From: a virus
Taxonomy: Duplodnaviria; Caudoviricetes
Direction: 5' to 3' (one strand)
Virus record (IMG/VR): IMGVR_UViG_3300028833_000077
DNA: 64,000 nt
In this document: positions 36,113-45,766 of the stretch, in pieces
Layout of the letters: each line of letters starts with the position of its first letter
How positions within the stretch are numbered: the first letter of the stretch is position 1
Translations under genes and position numbers: made by a program
Notes under the pieces: generated by a model
Seen by the model: only the letters and a program-made list of their open reading frames with translations
Database searches by the model: none
What the model was told of the DNA's origin: nothing

Positions 36113-38173
36113 ATGGAGATAAATGGAAAGACCCTAATACTGGAACCAGGTGAGGAACTGACCATCAAGGTCAGGGCCAATCAGCCTATGCCAGAACCTG
36201 AAGTACCTGAACAGCCTGAAGACCCTTCAGGAGCAATCAGCTTCCCTGACCTCATCGAGGAGTTCAACCTTGTGTTGGAGAAATATGGCTTCAATGCAGT
36301 GTTTGAAGGTACTGAGACTTGGGTATACCTCAAGGAGATGTATGATGCAGCTCTGGATGAATGGAACACCAATGCCCATGACTTCCTCAGTGAAAAGACA
36401 TATCCTGAGGTGTATGACTATCATGGAGACAATGACAGCTATGAGAAGAACTTCCTCACACTGAATGCCATGACCTCATGGCTGATGGCTATGTGCCTTA
36501 CTGAGATTGTACCTCTCTACAGTGAGTCTTACAACTCACAGACAGCATTGTTCCGCGAGGCATTTGACTTGGGCGGAGGAATAACAGTCGCACTCTATGA
36601 TGAGTATACAGTCAAGGGAGACCCCATGATTGCAAGGCTAGCAGCAGGATGTGTGTATGCCACTATCAGGGGTACTAAGACATTCAGCTACATTGACCTC
36701 TTGAGAGAAGAGCTTGGTGGGTTGCCCATCAGTGGTTCCTCATGGGAGGACTTGGGATACACCAATACCATGCTGACAGATGACTTGGGTAGAAGAGGCT
36801 ATATGATGCAGAATCTGGGATACCTTGTCAACACTCAGGTATTCCTTCCCAATGCTCCAGGCCCAAGAATTGAAGGTACTACAGTGTGTGAGCTGGCACA
36901 GCCTTGGGAGGATGGGCAGCCTTCATGGCAGTATCATCTTGCTACTGGCAACTACTTGGCTGATGAAGCCATCAACAGGCATATGGTAGACCATTGGAAC
37001 ATGATGGCACAGACTCCATTGTCAGAGTGGAACAGCTACTCTGATGAGAAGAAGGACAGGCTCATCAATGCGGCAGCCACAGTTACCTGTACCTATAATT
37101 ATATGTTCGGTACACCTAAGCCTGTAATCCTTGTGCTTGAGAACAACAGACTTCCTGTTGTTGATGGCTATCCAAGGTATGTGTTTGAGGAGGATGCTGA
37201 CAGCAACCTTGTCATTGACGGACCATTCTCTGACTTGGCAGGAATATACAGATACAATGCAGATGGGAATGAAACCACTGAGGAGATGTTCCTCAAGACA
37301 GTGCTTGACATAGCAGACAACTGCAGGTTCCCAACCCAGGATCCTAACTACGGAAGATGCAGACCTGGTTGCAGACCTACTAGGGAAGGTGGAGAGCTCG
37401 GCAGTACACATGGTGCTGCGGAGAATGAGATATACAACATCTCCATTGCCTCCATTGTAGCTGACAATGATGCCCAAAGGGATAAGATTGCAGGTGAGGA
37501 TGGATGGGCAGCAGACTCTCCAAGGAGCTATGTGTCTGGCCATTCAGCACAAATCATCACCATGGCACTCATGCTGGGGCAGATGTCACCAGACAAGATG
37601 CAGTACTACATGAGGAGGGCCTATGAGTACTCAGTCAATAGGAGCATTGCAAGGTTCCATTGGAACAGTGACTGTATCCTTGGAAGGCTCTACGGTACCA
37701 TGATATTGCCCATACTCAATGCCATGGAGGGACTTCATGATGGATATGAGGCAACCAAGAGAGCTGTTGTGAATGGTGTCCAAGGAGATGTCAAGTTCAA
37801 GCTTACCATAGAGAATACCACTCCCAATGATATAACCCTTGATGGGGATATGGTGTTTGTGCTTGCCAACCCTGACAAGAAGGGCAACTATTATGGATGG
37901 GAAGGTGCATACAACAGGACAGGACACATCAGATTCTGCTCTTCTGCTGTCACCATTCCTGCTGGAGGCTCCAAGGTGTTCAGTGTGGATGCCACTAACT
38001 CAGAGATTGCCTTGAGAGGCAGGAACTGTCTTGTCCCTGACTTGCTCCCAGTGGCAGACAGGCCAAGGAATATATTGCTGTATGTAGACGGCAACTCAGA
38101 GGCTGTGTTGGCAGACAACATGGATCCAGACATTGTGTTTGAGGATGGAGGTAACTATAAGCTGACCATATAA
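36113..38173 (+). CDS. PAP2-superfamily (class A acid phosphatase-like) protein with degenerate N-terminal repeat and C-terminal beta-sandwich
   Basis: Motifs RCRP, SYVSGHS (37526-37546), NRSIARFHWNSD (37637-37672). Confidence 0.8.
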   Translation: MEINGKTLILEPGEELTIKVRANQPMPEPEVPEQPEDPSGAISFPDLIEEFNLVLEKYGFNAVFEGTETWVYLKEMYDAALDEWNTNAHDFLSEKTYPEVYDYHGDNDSYEKNFLTLNAMTSWLMAMCLTEIVPLYSESYNSQTALFREAFDLGGGITVALYDEYTVKGDPMIARLAAGCVYATIRGTKTFSYIDLLREELGGLPISGSSWEDLGYTNTMLTDDLGRRGYMMQNLGYLVNTQVFLPNAPGPRIEGTTVCELAQPWEDGQPSWQYHLATGNYLADEAINRHMVDHWNMMAQTPLSEWNSYSDEKKDRLINAAATVTCTYNYMFGTPKPVILVLENNRLPVVDGYPRYVFEEDADSNLVIDGPFSDLAGIYRYNADGNETTEEMFLKTVLDIADNCRFPTQDPNYGRCRPGCRPTREGGELGSTHGAAENEIYNISIASIVADNDAQRDKIAGEDGWAADSPRSYVSGHSAQIITMALMLGQMSPDKMQYYMRRAYEYSVNRSIARFHWNSDCILGRLYGTMILPILNAMEGLHDGYEATKRAVVNGVQGDVKFKLTIENTTPNDITLDGDMVFVLANPDKKGNYYGWEGAYNRTGHIRFCSSAVTIPAGGSKVFSVDATNSEIALRGRNCLVPDLLPVADRPRNILLYVDGNSEAVLADNMDPDIVFEDGGNYKLTI

Positions 38174-38187
38174 TTTTTAAAGACGGT

Positions 38188-41100
38188 ATGAAGAAGCAGG
38201 TTGGATTCAAGACCAAGGGAATGAATAGGGACATGAGTGTCTCTGCATTCAATCAGGAGTTTGCCTTTGAGAACATGAACCTCAGGCTCTCCACCAATGA
38301 AGGCAACACTCTCATGAGCTGGGTGAATGAGAAGGGCACAAGTCCCATCACCATTTCCAGAGGCATAGTGGGAGTGGAGAATTTCATCAATGGGTGTGTG
38401 GTAGGCACTGCTGTACTCAATCATTTCCTTATACTGTTTCTGACGAAGTGTTGGGATGAGGGCACCAAGGACTATTATGACTCCATCGTAAGGCTTAAGT
38501 ATGAGGGGACGGACAAGAACAGCATGGTAGCCAAGGTGTTGTACAGTGGTCTTGAGAAGGGCAATCTGGGTTTCATGGTGGAACATCCTCTTGAGACCCT
38601 TGTGTCCTTTGAGAGTGACCATATCCAGAAGGTGTACTGGACAGACGGCATCAACCAGCCTAGGCTCATCAACATTGCCCCAGAGAATGATGGGCACATA
38701 GGCAGATACACCAACACTTCCTTTGACTTTATACCGACCCTACAGCTGAATGAGGACATCCATGTAAAGAAGATACTTGGCGGAGGGGGAATGTTCGCAC
38801 CTGGTGTCATCCAGTATGCCTTCACCTATTATAATAGATATGGGCAGGAATCCAATATATTCTATACTACACCACTGTACTATATCTCTTATGCTGATAG
38901 GGGAGCCTCTCCTGAGGACAAGGTGGACAATGTGTTCAGGATTACTGTAGACAAGCCAGACAGCAACTTCGACTACCTGAGGATATACTCCATCCAGAGG
39001 ACAAGCATCAACAGCACTCCAATGTGCAAGAGGATTCAGGACATTGAGGTGGCTGAAGAACCTAAGAGCGTCAGCTTCACGGATACTGGAACAGCAGGTG
39101 ATTCCATAGATCCTACAGAACTTCTCTACAAGGGGGGACATGGTATTCTTGTAGGCACTATGGAGCAGAAGGATGGAACACTGTTCATGGGAGACATTGT
39201 CACACCTAGCATCAAACATCCTAAGGCAGGGGTCAGCTTGGAGACATCCACAAGGACATTCTATCCCAATGTAGTGTCTACCGACAGCTATGAGTATGCT
39301 AATCAGCTTACCTCATATAAAGATGCCACCAAAGAGGAGAGTGTTCCATGTGCAGGCTTCAAGAAAGGCAACTTCTATAGATGTGGTGTGCAGTTCCAGG
39401 ATGAGCATGGTAGGTGGAGTGATCCTGTATTCCTTGAGAATGTGGAGATAGACATCTCGCCTGAGGCTGTCACCAATGTCAAGGAGGAACCTGAGGGAAC
39501 CTATGACTTTGAACTACGTGAAGTCATCATAGCCAACAACAGCCAGTATCCTCTTGTAATCTCCAACATAGCCAAGTTCGCATTGGTTGGCAAGGATGGG
39601 AAGTTCGTGTTTACAGTGAAATTGGGAAACTTTGACTCTCGCACTATAGAGTCAGGTATGCAGGATGTGTATAACAAGGCAGTCATACTGGATGCCAAGA
39701 AGTACAGTGGCCTCAAGTTCTGCACAAAGGATGAGTACACCAAACTAGGCATGGAGAGCAATGTGTCACTCAAGGCCTATGGTTCCAAGAGAGGATATGT
39801 CCTTACACCCATTACAGCAGGAACTGCCATCAACAGCAGTTCTACCTACACGATTGAATGTACGGAATCATTTGATCCTGCACCTCAGGAAGTGCCGTTT
39901 GATGAGGACTTGGATGGACTGTTGATGTACTTCAATCCTATACTGAAGGCAGCAGGCACCAAAGAAATCACCAATACAGCCACTCCATTGACTTATGCCT
40001 ATCTTAAGGCGGCCTATGACTTGGCAGACACTGAATGGAGCAGTAATGCCCACTCGTTCTTCAGTGCAACAACATATCCTGAGATATACAACGGCAGTGA
40101 CTATCGTGGGACCAATGACACCTATGAAAAGAATGGTACAAGCCAGTTGGCCATGCAGTCTTGGCTGGTAGCCATGTGCCTGTCTGAATTGGCACCTACT
40201 TCAGGAACCAATACCAACACACAGACGGAATTGTTCAAGAAGGCCTATAATTTGATTGATGGCTCTGGTGATGGGAAGAAAGTTCCCCTCTATGGAGGTT
40301 ACACCTTGAAGGGAGACCCTATGATTGCCAGATATGCTGCAGGAGCCATATATGCCCTCAACAGGGCACCCAAGAGTTTCTCCGACATGCAGCAGATGAG
40401 GACTGAGCTCTGGGGAGACAATGCAGATCATTCCATCAATGCCAGTGACTGGTCAGGACTGGAATATTCACCTGACAACTACAAGTTGTCCATGGAGAAT
40501 CTCGGCTATCTTGTCAACACTGATGCTTTCCTGCCAGGGGCATTCGGGCCTTGGGCATCAGGAGAGTTCTACAGTAGCTTCCCCTATGGACAGTCTTCAG
40601 ACCAGTACTACAACAGTCCTACAGAGGCAGGTAGGTTCTGGGAAGCCAATAACTACAAGGTGGATGTCAATATAGACAATACCATTACAGATACCCTGAA
40701 TGGTTATATAGCATATTCTCCTGATGGCAATGGGGGCTATACCTTTGCAGGAAATAAGGAGAAGCTCCAGAGGCTTTTTGAGTCTGCTGTCATAGGAAGG
40801 GCCACTGACTTTGTGTTCTTCGGTAGGAAAAGACTGAAGTACACTAATACTATAGCAGCTACATTGGTAGGACATAATGTGTCACTGCATCGTTTCAGTG
40901 AAACTGATGATAGTATTGCCGATAGTAATGTCTATGAATATACAGGCCCATTCTATTCTGAGCAGCTTCAGGACTATCTGTTCAGCAACCAGGGAACCTA
41001 TACGGCTACAGCTGAAGGCAGTAGCATCACTCAGGAGCTGACTTTCTATGAGAGGAAATCTCCCATGCTGTTCTTGGATGTTGTCAAGGACATTGCCGAC

Positions 41101-44100
41101 AATGGAAGGTATCCCTCACATTCAGCTTATAAGAGAATCAGGCCTTGCGGCAGTAACCAAGGAGGAGAGACCAGGGCGCAGAACCAGACAGATGCTCTTG
41201 GTGGATTCGAGTGTGGCAGCCTTACTTCCCTCTTTGCAGACACCAGGGACCAGGCAGATGCTTGGGGTGCAGGCCTTGAGCAAGATGACTTCCCCGGTGA
41301 TAGCTATGGAAAGTCCTATCCTTCAGGACACAGCTCCCAGGTATGGGCATTGGCTATGTATCTTGGACAGATGAAGCCCTCCAGCATTACTGAGTACATG
41401 AGGAATGCATACAGGTTCTCGGTGAACAGGACTATAGCAAGGGCGCATTGGAATTCTGATGTCATGTATGGCAGGATGTTTGGTACGATGGTGCTTCCCA
41501 TCATTAATGCCATGAGTGGCCTCCAGTCGGATTATGCATCCTTCAAAAGTGCCATGGGAGAAGGTGGAGGTGATGTGCCGTCAGGTGATGTCAGTGTCAA
41601 TATTGTCATTGACAACCAAACAGGAGCTGATGCCTGTATTACAGGCGAACTCAGGATATATGTGGAAGATGGTACTGGTGGGTATGTCGGAATGAACATG
41701 CATACACCAAAGTTCATCTCAGGTAATGACACTTACTATATTCCCCAAGGAAGGACAGAGTACTCAAGTCTTGCCTGTTCGGTCAATGGTGACTCTGTCT
41801 CTGCCAGCAGTTTTGTTGGAAACAGCATGAGCAGCCTTAGGAGTCCTATAGTGTATGGTTTTGATGGACAGAACCACCACAGTACTTTGTTTGCCGTTGA
41901 CATGCTGTCAGGTACATTCAGCAATGATGGTACCTATATACTTGTACTTAGGCAGGGAGAGGCATATGGCAATATGGTATGTACTACAAGCAGAACACTC
42001 AGTAAAGGTATGCTTAAGGCTCCAACCCCAGCTGCTACCAGGAGTGGGGAAGATGCAGATGCCCCAGTGGAGACCATTGAAGTAATAGAATCTCCAAAGG
42101 CGGATATGACAGTCACTGTTCCAACCATAAAAGGCCTCATTACCAGTGAGGAGGCTAAGAGGCTGTATAGAGAAGAAGGATACAGGAAAGTCAGGGCTGT
42201 AGTGGTCTACCCAGACATGCAGAACAGGAAGGTCATCTGCCAAGGTGTAGCCTGTCCTACACTGTATACTCTCAACAATAGAGGTGAGGGAAGCTCTGAT
42301 GAATTGCAGACCAAAAGCATATATGCACAATCCTCATGGTTCTTCAGGCCTAGATACTCTAATACAAAATACAGTGAGGACACCAATGTTCCTGCCAGTG
42401 CCCCTGGTGACTATATTGGGTACATGAATGCTGGAAGTTCCTCTACTTTGGCAGTAATATCGGGTCCCGTATGGACTATAACTGTCGATGGAGTACAAGG
42501 TTGTAATCCAACCTACATCAAGAGAACTGAGGTTCAAGGTTCATTCAATCCAGGGAACAAGTTCAAAGTGGAGTGGAGGACACTTACCTACCATGTGCCT
42601 GACATTGTGTTTGATGACAGCATGCTTGCCTTTGACTATGGCTCTGGTGGTCTGGATGCCTATCAGGTGGGTAATGTCTCCTTTGTGAGGACCCTCTCCG
42701 ACATAGACATACGGACAGAGACTCCAACCATCAGTAAGAATGCCTCTGGATTCATCAAGAAGTCCTTTGTCAGGGGTGATGCATCAGGCATCATAGCAGG
42801 GTTGTTCTACGAGGACTATGCTGTCAATGACAGTACAGGCGAGAAGGAGGAGAAGTTCAAGCCTTTTGTATCCCAGAGTGTTCCCATGAAGTGGATGGTC
42901 TATCCTTGGAATAGGACAGGTTCCCTCAACAACGATATTTCCAGACCTGCTGGATACGGTGTGCAGACAGCTGTACTCAAGCAGAAGATCATATCCAATC
43001 TCAGGGTGACCAACTCTGTCTTTGAATTCGAAGGGGATAAGTCATCCCTTGGATTCAAGGCACAGCTGTTCTACAGTAATGAGCCTGAGATAATAAAGCT
43101 TGACTTGAAGGACAGCAAGGGCTCCAACATCTATATGGGCAACATAGACACCATGCTTATTCCAGATGAGCCTGATGGCCTGTACTTCTCCATATGCAAA
43201 GACCCTGACGATGAATATGCCCCTACTCCTCAGTTTACTGACAAGGTATATTGGAAGACTTTTGCCAAGAACAATAAGACAGGTGAAACGAGTGACAAGG
43301 GTGCTTGGTATTTTGGAGGGGATTCATGGGAACGGATGGACACTTGTTTTGGTCAGGACCTCGGTGATGAGTATACAGATACTGTATTAAGCAAAGGACA
43401 GGTAAGGATGAAGTATAAGTCCACTCCGCATCTGGTGCTTACTGGAAGCAGCAGTCTTGCCACATACAATACGGAAGGGTGCCTCCCCATATTGGAGCTC
43501 AGAAGAAACATTGAGAGAGCCAAGGCCTTCGGTGGGAACTCCAAGGACATCCTGCATGAACAGCTATGGATTCCTTGCGGAGAGCCTGTCAGGCTTTGGG
43601 AAGGCCCTCAGGACGAACCTGCATTCAAGGATGTGGAGTTTGAATATTCTTGGGGTGATACCTACTATCAGAGGTGGGATTGCCTGAAGACCTATGCCTT
43701 CACTCCTGAGGACATCAATCAGGTGGTGGAGATAGGCTCCTTCATGCTTGAGACCTATGTCAACATTGACGGTAGGTATGATAGGAACAGAGGACAGTTG
43801 AGCAATCTCTATATGTCACCTCAGAACTTCAACCTACTCAACCCAGTGTATTCCCAGTTGAACAACTTCTTCACCTACAGGATACAGGATGATGAGTTCT
43901 ACAAGCTAAAGAAATACCCCAATCAGATAACATGGTCAAAGACGAAGACCTCAGGTGCTGATGTTGACATGTGGACCAATGTGACACTGGCATCAATCCT
44001 TGAGCTTGATGGTGACAAGGGTACTGTCAGGAAGCTCATTAGGTTTAACAACTATCTGTTCTCCTTCCAGGATATGGGTATATCCCAGATTCTCTACAAT

Positions 44101-45150
44101 GACAATGTGCAGATCAATGCAGCCGATGGGGTGCCCATTGAGATAGCCAACTCTGGAAAGGTACAGGGTAAGGATTATAAGAGTGACACCATTGGATGCA
44201 GCAACAAATGGAGTCTGGTCAAGACACCTTCGGGCATCTACTTCATGGATTCCGTCAATAAGGGGATATTCATGTTCAATGGGCAAGTGAATAACCTGTC
44301 AGGCTCTTTAGGCATGAATACATGGTGCAAGGAGAATATCCCAGACAGCTCTGTCGATTGGACTCCCTATGACTACTTGATTAAAAATGATGATACTGAG
44401 ATATTTGTAAATGGGTTCCAGAACTTTGTCGCATACTATGACAAGTTGAATCAGGATATACTGTTCATCAACAAGCAGACAGCTTTGGCATTCTCAGAGA
44501 GACTGGGTACATTCACATCATTCTATGACTATGGAGAGACCTCGTATCTCTGCAACTTGCAGGATACAGGACTGTGGCTCAAGGTTGGTACAGAGGAGAA
44601 GGAGGGTGTGGATACTAAGCCGCATGTGGAATATACTACTGCTCTTTGGAAGCATCAGGGCGGAGAGTACTGCAAGTTCTTTGGAGAAAGTAAGTCTTAC
44701 TGGATGACACTAGTAGGCAATCCTGAGCCTCAGTTTGACAAGATATTCACTAACTTGGAGTTCAGGGCAAGTGTAGATGGTGATGGTGAGTTGAATCGTT
44801 ATACAGGCAAGTTCACCCCTGCACTCCCCTTTGACTCCTTGGAGACATGGAATGAGTACCAGCATGGTATTGCGAATCTTGCAAATATGAGAGGCCATGA
44901 CCAGTTCAGGCATCATACTACTGACAACAATGGTACTCTCAAGAGGAAGTTCAGGATATGGAGGTGTGACATTCCTAGAGACAATGCAGAACTCAATACT
45001 GATGCTGCATTGGGCATCTTCAGGAAGACCAAGCCACGCAGGCTGGACAGGATGAGGAACCCTTGGCTGTACCTCAAGCTTCAGAAGGATGCAGCAGATA
45101 CCATGCCCAGAACTGAAATACACGACATTGTAGTATCATATTTCCTATAG
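38188..45150 (+). CDS. Tail stabilization / muzzle protein (P22 gp10-like role) with a large inserted PAP2 module
   Basis: GMNRD.S, AFENMNLR, KVYWTDG.NQPR, GDTYYQRWDCLKT, ET.VNIDGRYD, RKFRIWR..IPRD..RMRNPW flank an insert carrying SYPSGHS and RTIARAHWNSD. Confidence 0.85.
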   Translation: MKKQVGFKTKGMNRDMSVSAFNQEFAFENMNLRLSTNEGNTLMSWVNEKGTSPITISRGIVGVENFINGCVVGTAVLNHFLILFLTKCWDEGTKDYYDSIVRLKYEGTDKNSMVAKVLYSGLEKGNLGFMVEHPLETLVSFESDHIQKVYWTDGINQPRLINIAPENDGHIGRYTNTSFDFIPTLQLNEDIHVKKILGGGGMFAPGVIQYAFTYYNRYGQESNIFYTTPLYYISYADRGASPEDKVDNVFRITVDKPDSNFDYLRIYSIQRTSINSTPMCKRIQDIEVAEEPKSVSFTDTGTAGDSIDPTELLYKGGHGILVGTMEQKDGTLFMGDIVTPSIKHPKAGVSLETSTRTFYPNVVSTDSYEYANQLTSYKDATKEESVPCAGFKKGNFYRCGVQFQDEHGRWSDPVFLENVEIDISPEAVTNVKEEPEGTYDFELREVIIANNSQYPLVISNIAKFALVGKDGKFVFTVKLGNFDSRTIESGMQDVYNKAVILDAKKYSGLKFCTKDEYTKLGMESNVSLKAYGSKRGYVLTPITAGTAINSSSTYTIECTESFDPAPQEVPFDEDLDGLLMYFNPILKAAGTKEITNTATPLTYAYLKAAYDLADTEWSSNAHSFFSATTYPEIYNGSDYRGTNDTYEKNGTSQLAMQSWLVAMCLSELAPTSGTNTNTQTELFKKAYNLIDGSGDGKKVPLYGGYTLKGDPMIARYAAGAIYALNRAPKSFSDMQQMRTELWGDNADHSINASDWSGLEYSPDNYKLSMENLGYLVNTDAFLPGAFGPWASGEFYSSFPYGQSSDQYYNSPTEAGRFWEANNYKVDVNIDNTITDTLNGYIAYSPDGNGGYTFAGNKEKLQRLFESAVIGRATDFVFFGRKRLKYTNTIAATLVGHNVSLHRFSETDDSIADSNVYEYTGPFYSEQLQDYLFSNQGTYTATAEGSSITQELTFYERKSPMLFLDVVKDIADNGRYPSHSAYKRIRPCGSNQGGETRAQNQTDALGGFECGSLTSLFADTRDQADAWGAGLEQDDFPGDSYGKSYPSGHSSQVWALAMYLGQMKPSSITEYMRNAYRFSVNRTIARAHWNSDVMYGRMFGTMVLPIINAMSGLQSDYASFKSAMGEGGGDVPSGDVSVNIVIDNQTGADACITGELRIYVEDGTGGYVGMNMHTPKFISGNDTYYIPQGRTEYSSLACSVNGDSVSASSFVGNSMSSLRSPIVYGFDGQNHHSTLFAVDMLSGTFSNDGTYILVLRQGEAYGNMVCTTSRTLSKGMLKAPTPAATRSGEDADAPVETIEVIESPKADMTVTVPTIKGLITSEEAKRLYREEGYRKVRAVVVYPDMQNRKVICQGVACPTLYTLNNRGEGSSDELQTKSIYAQSSWFFRPRYSNTKYSEDTNVPASAPGDYIGYMNAGSSSTLAVISGPVWTITVDGVQGCNPTYIKRTEVQGSFNPGNKFKVEWRTLTYHVPDIVFDDSMLAFDYGSGGLDAYQVGNVSFVRTLSDIDIRTETPTISKNASGFIKKSFVRGDASGIIAGLFYEDYAVNDSTGEKEEKFKPFVSQSVPMKWMVYPWNRTGSLNNDISRPAGYGVQTAVLKQKIISNLRVTNSVFEFEGDKSSLGFKAQLFYSNEPEIIKLDLKDSKGSNIYMGNIDTMLIPDEPDGLYFSICKDPDDEYAPTPQFTDKVYWKTFAKNNKTGETSDKGAWYFGGDSWERMDTCFGQDLGDEYTDTVLSKGQVRMKYKSTPHLVLTGSSSLATYNTEGCLPILELRRNIERAKAFGGNSKDILHEQLWIPCGEPVRLWEGPQDEPAFKDVEFEYSWGDTYYQRWDCLKTYAFTPEDINQVVEIGSFMLETYVNIDGRYDRNRGQLSNLYMSPQNFNLLNPVYSQLNNFFTYRIQDDEFYKLKKYPNQITWSKTKTSGADVDMWTNVTLASILELDGDKGTVRKLIRFNNYLFSFQDMGISQILYNDNVQINAADGVPIEIANSGKVQGKDYKSDTIGCSNKWSLVKTPSGIYFMDSVNKGIFMFNGQVNNLSGSLGMNTWCKENIPDSSVDWTPYDYLIKNDDTEIFVNGFQNFVAYYDKLNQDILFINKQTALAFSERLGTFTSFYDYGETSYLCNLQDTGLWLKVGTEEKEGVDTKPHVEYTTALWKHQGGEYCKFFGESKSYWMTLVGNPEPQFDKIFTNLEFRASVDGDGELNRYTGKFTPALPFDSLETWNEYQHGIANLANMRGHDQFRHHTTDNNGTLKRKFRIWRCDIPRDNAELNTDAALGIFRKTKPRRLDRMRNPWLYLKLQKDAADTMPRTEIHDIVVSYFL
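39898..41560 (+). other. PAP2-like module inside the muzzle gene, paralog of 36113-38173 (boundaries approximate)
   Basis: Shared blocks TYPE.Y..Y.G.ND.YEKN, SWL.AMCL.E..P, KGDPMIAR.AAG, M.NLGYLVNT..FLP, DIADN.R.P, SY.SGHS, SVNR.IAR.HWNSD. Confidence 0.85.
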
Positions 45151-45154
45151 ACCT

Positions 45155-45622
45155 ATGAAGACATTGACTGTAGCAGCAACCTTGATAGCCTTGGCCTCAG
45201 TGCTTGTGTGGAGAATCATCTACAAGAGGATGCCAAAGTCCTTGAGTCAGATGGTGAAGGCATCTCCCAAGTGGGAGTACATCTTTGCAGGTGTTCTTGC
45301 AGTGTATGGCATCACCACATGGCTGTCCTGCATAGACAGGCTCCCTGAGAATCTACAGTGGCTGTTGTGGCTTACTGAGGTGGGACTGGCCATAGTGGCA
45401 GTAACTCCCATCACCAACAAGGACAGTGAGGAAATACATCTTACTGGGGCACTCATGTCTGCCATAAGCATCAATACACTTGCATTGCTGTTATGCCCAT
45501 ATGTACTGCTTACATGGACAGGATACCTCATATACACTTTCCTGACTGATTGCTTGCATAAGAAGCTGGTGGCAGAGATTGTCTGTGGTATCATCCTGAC
45601 CTTGGTAGTGCTGCTTGCGTAG
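45155..45622 (+). CDS. Multi-pass membrane protein
   Basis: About 5-6 hydrophobic segments, PKSLS motif. Confidence 0.65.
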   Translation: MKTLTVAATLIALASVLVWRIIYKRMPKSLSQMVKASPKWEYIFAGVLAVYGITTWLSCIDRLPENLQWLLWLTEVGLAIVAVTPITNKDSEEIHLTGALMSAISINTLALLLCPYVLLTWTGYLIYTFLTDCLHKKLVAEIVCGIILTLVVLLA

Positions 45623-45660
45623 AAGTTTGGTGATTCTTTTTATATTAGTTGATTTGTTGT

Positions 45661-45695
45661 GGGTAGGGGAATCTTAAGGATTTCCTTACCTTTTT
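45661..45695 (+). terminator. Intrinsic terminator
   Basis: GGTAGGGGAATC / GATTTCCTTACC stem then TTTTT. Confidence 0.75.
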
Positions 45696-45746
45696 ATATT
45701 ATGGCCATTAAGCATACAGACTTTCTAAACCATTTACTTACCTTTG
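45686..45746 (+). promoter_or_regulatory. Promoter (TACCTTTG at 45739) for cargo-protein genes
   Basis: TTAC at -53 and TTAA at -31. Confidence 0.6.
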
Positions 45747-45766
45747 CAATAAAATAGTTCTTAGGA

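Noticed and set aside
45155-45622. Holin assignment
   Set aside because: Hydrophobic, but no adjacent endolysin or spanin and no diagnostic motif
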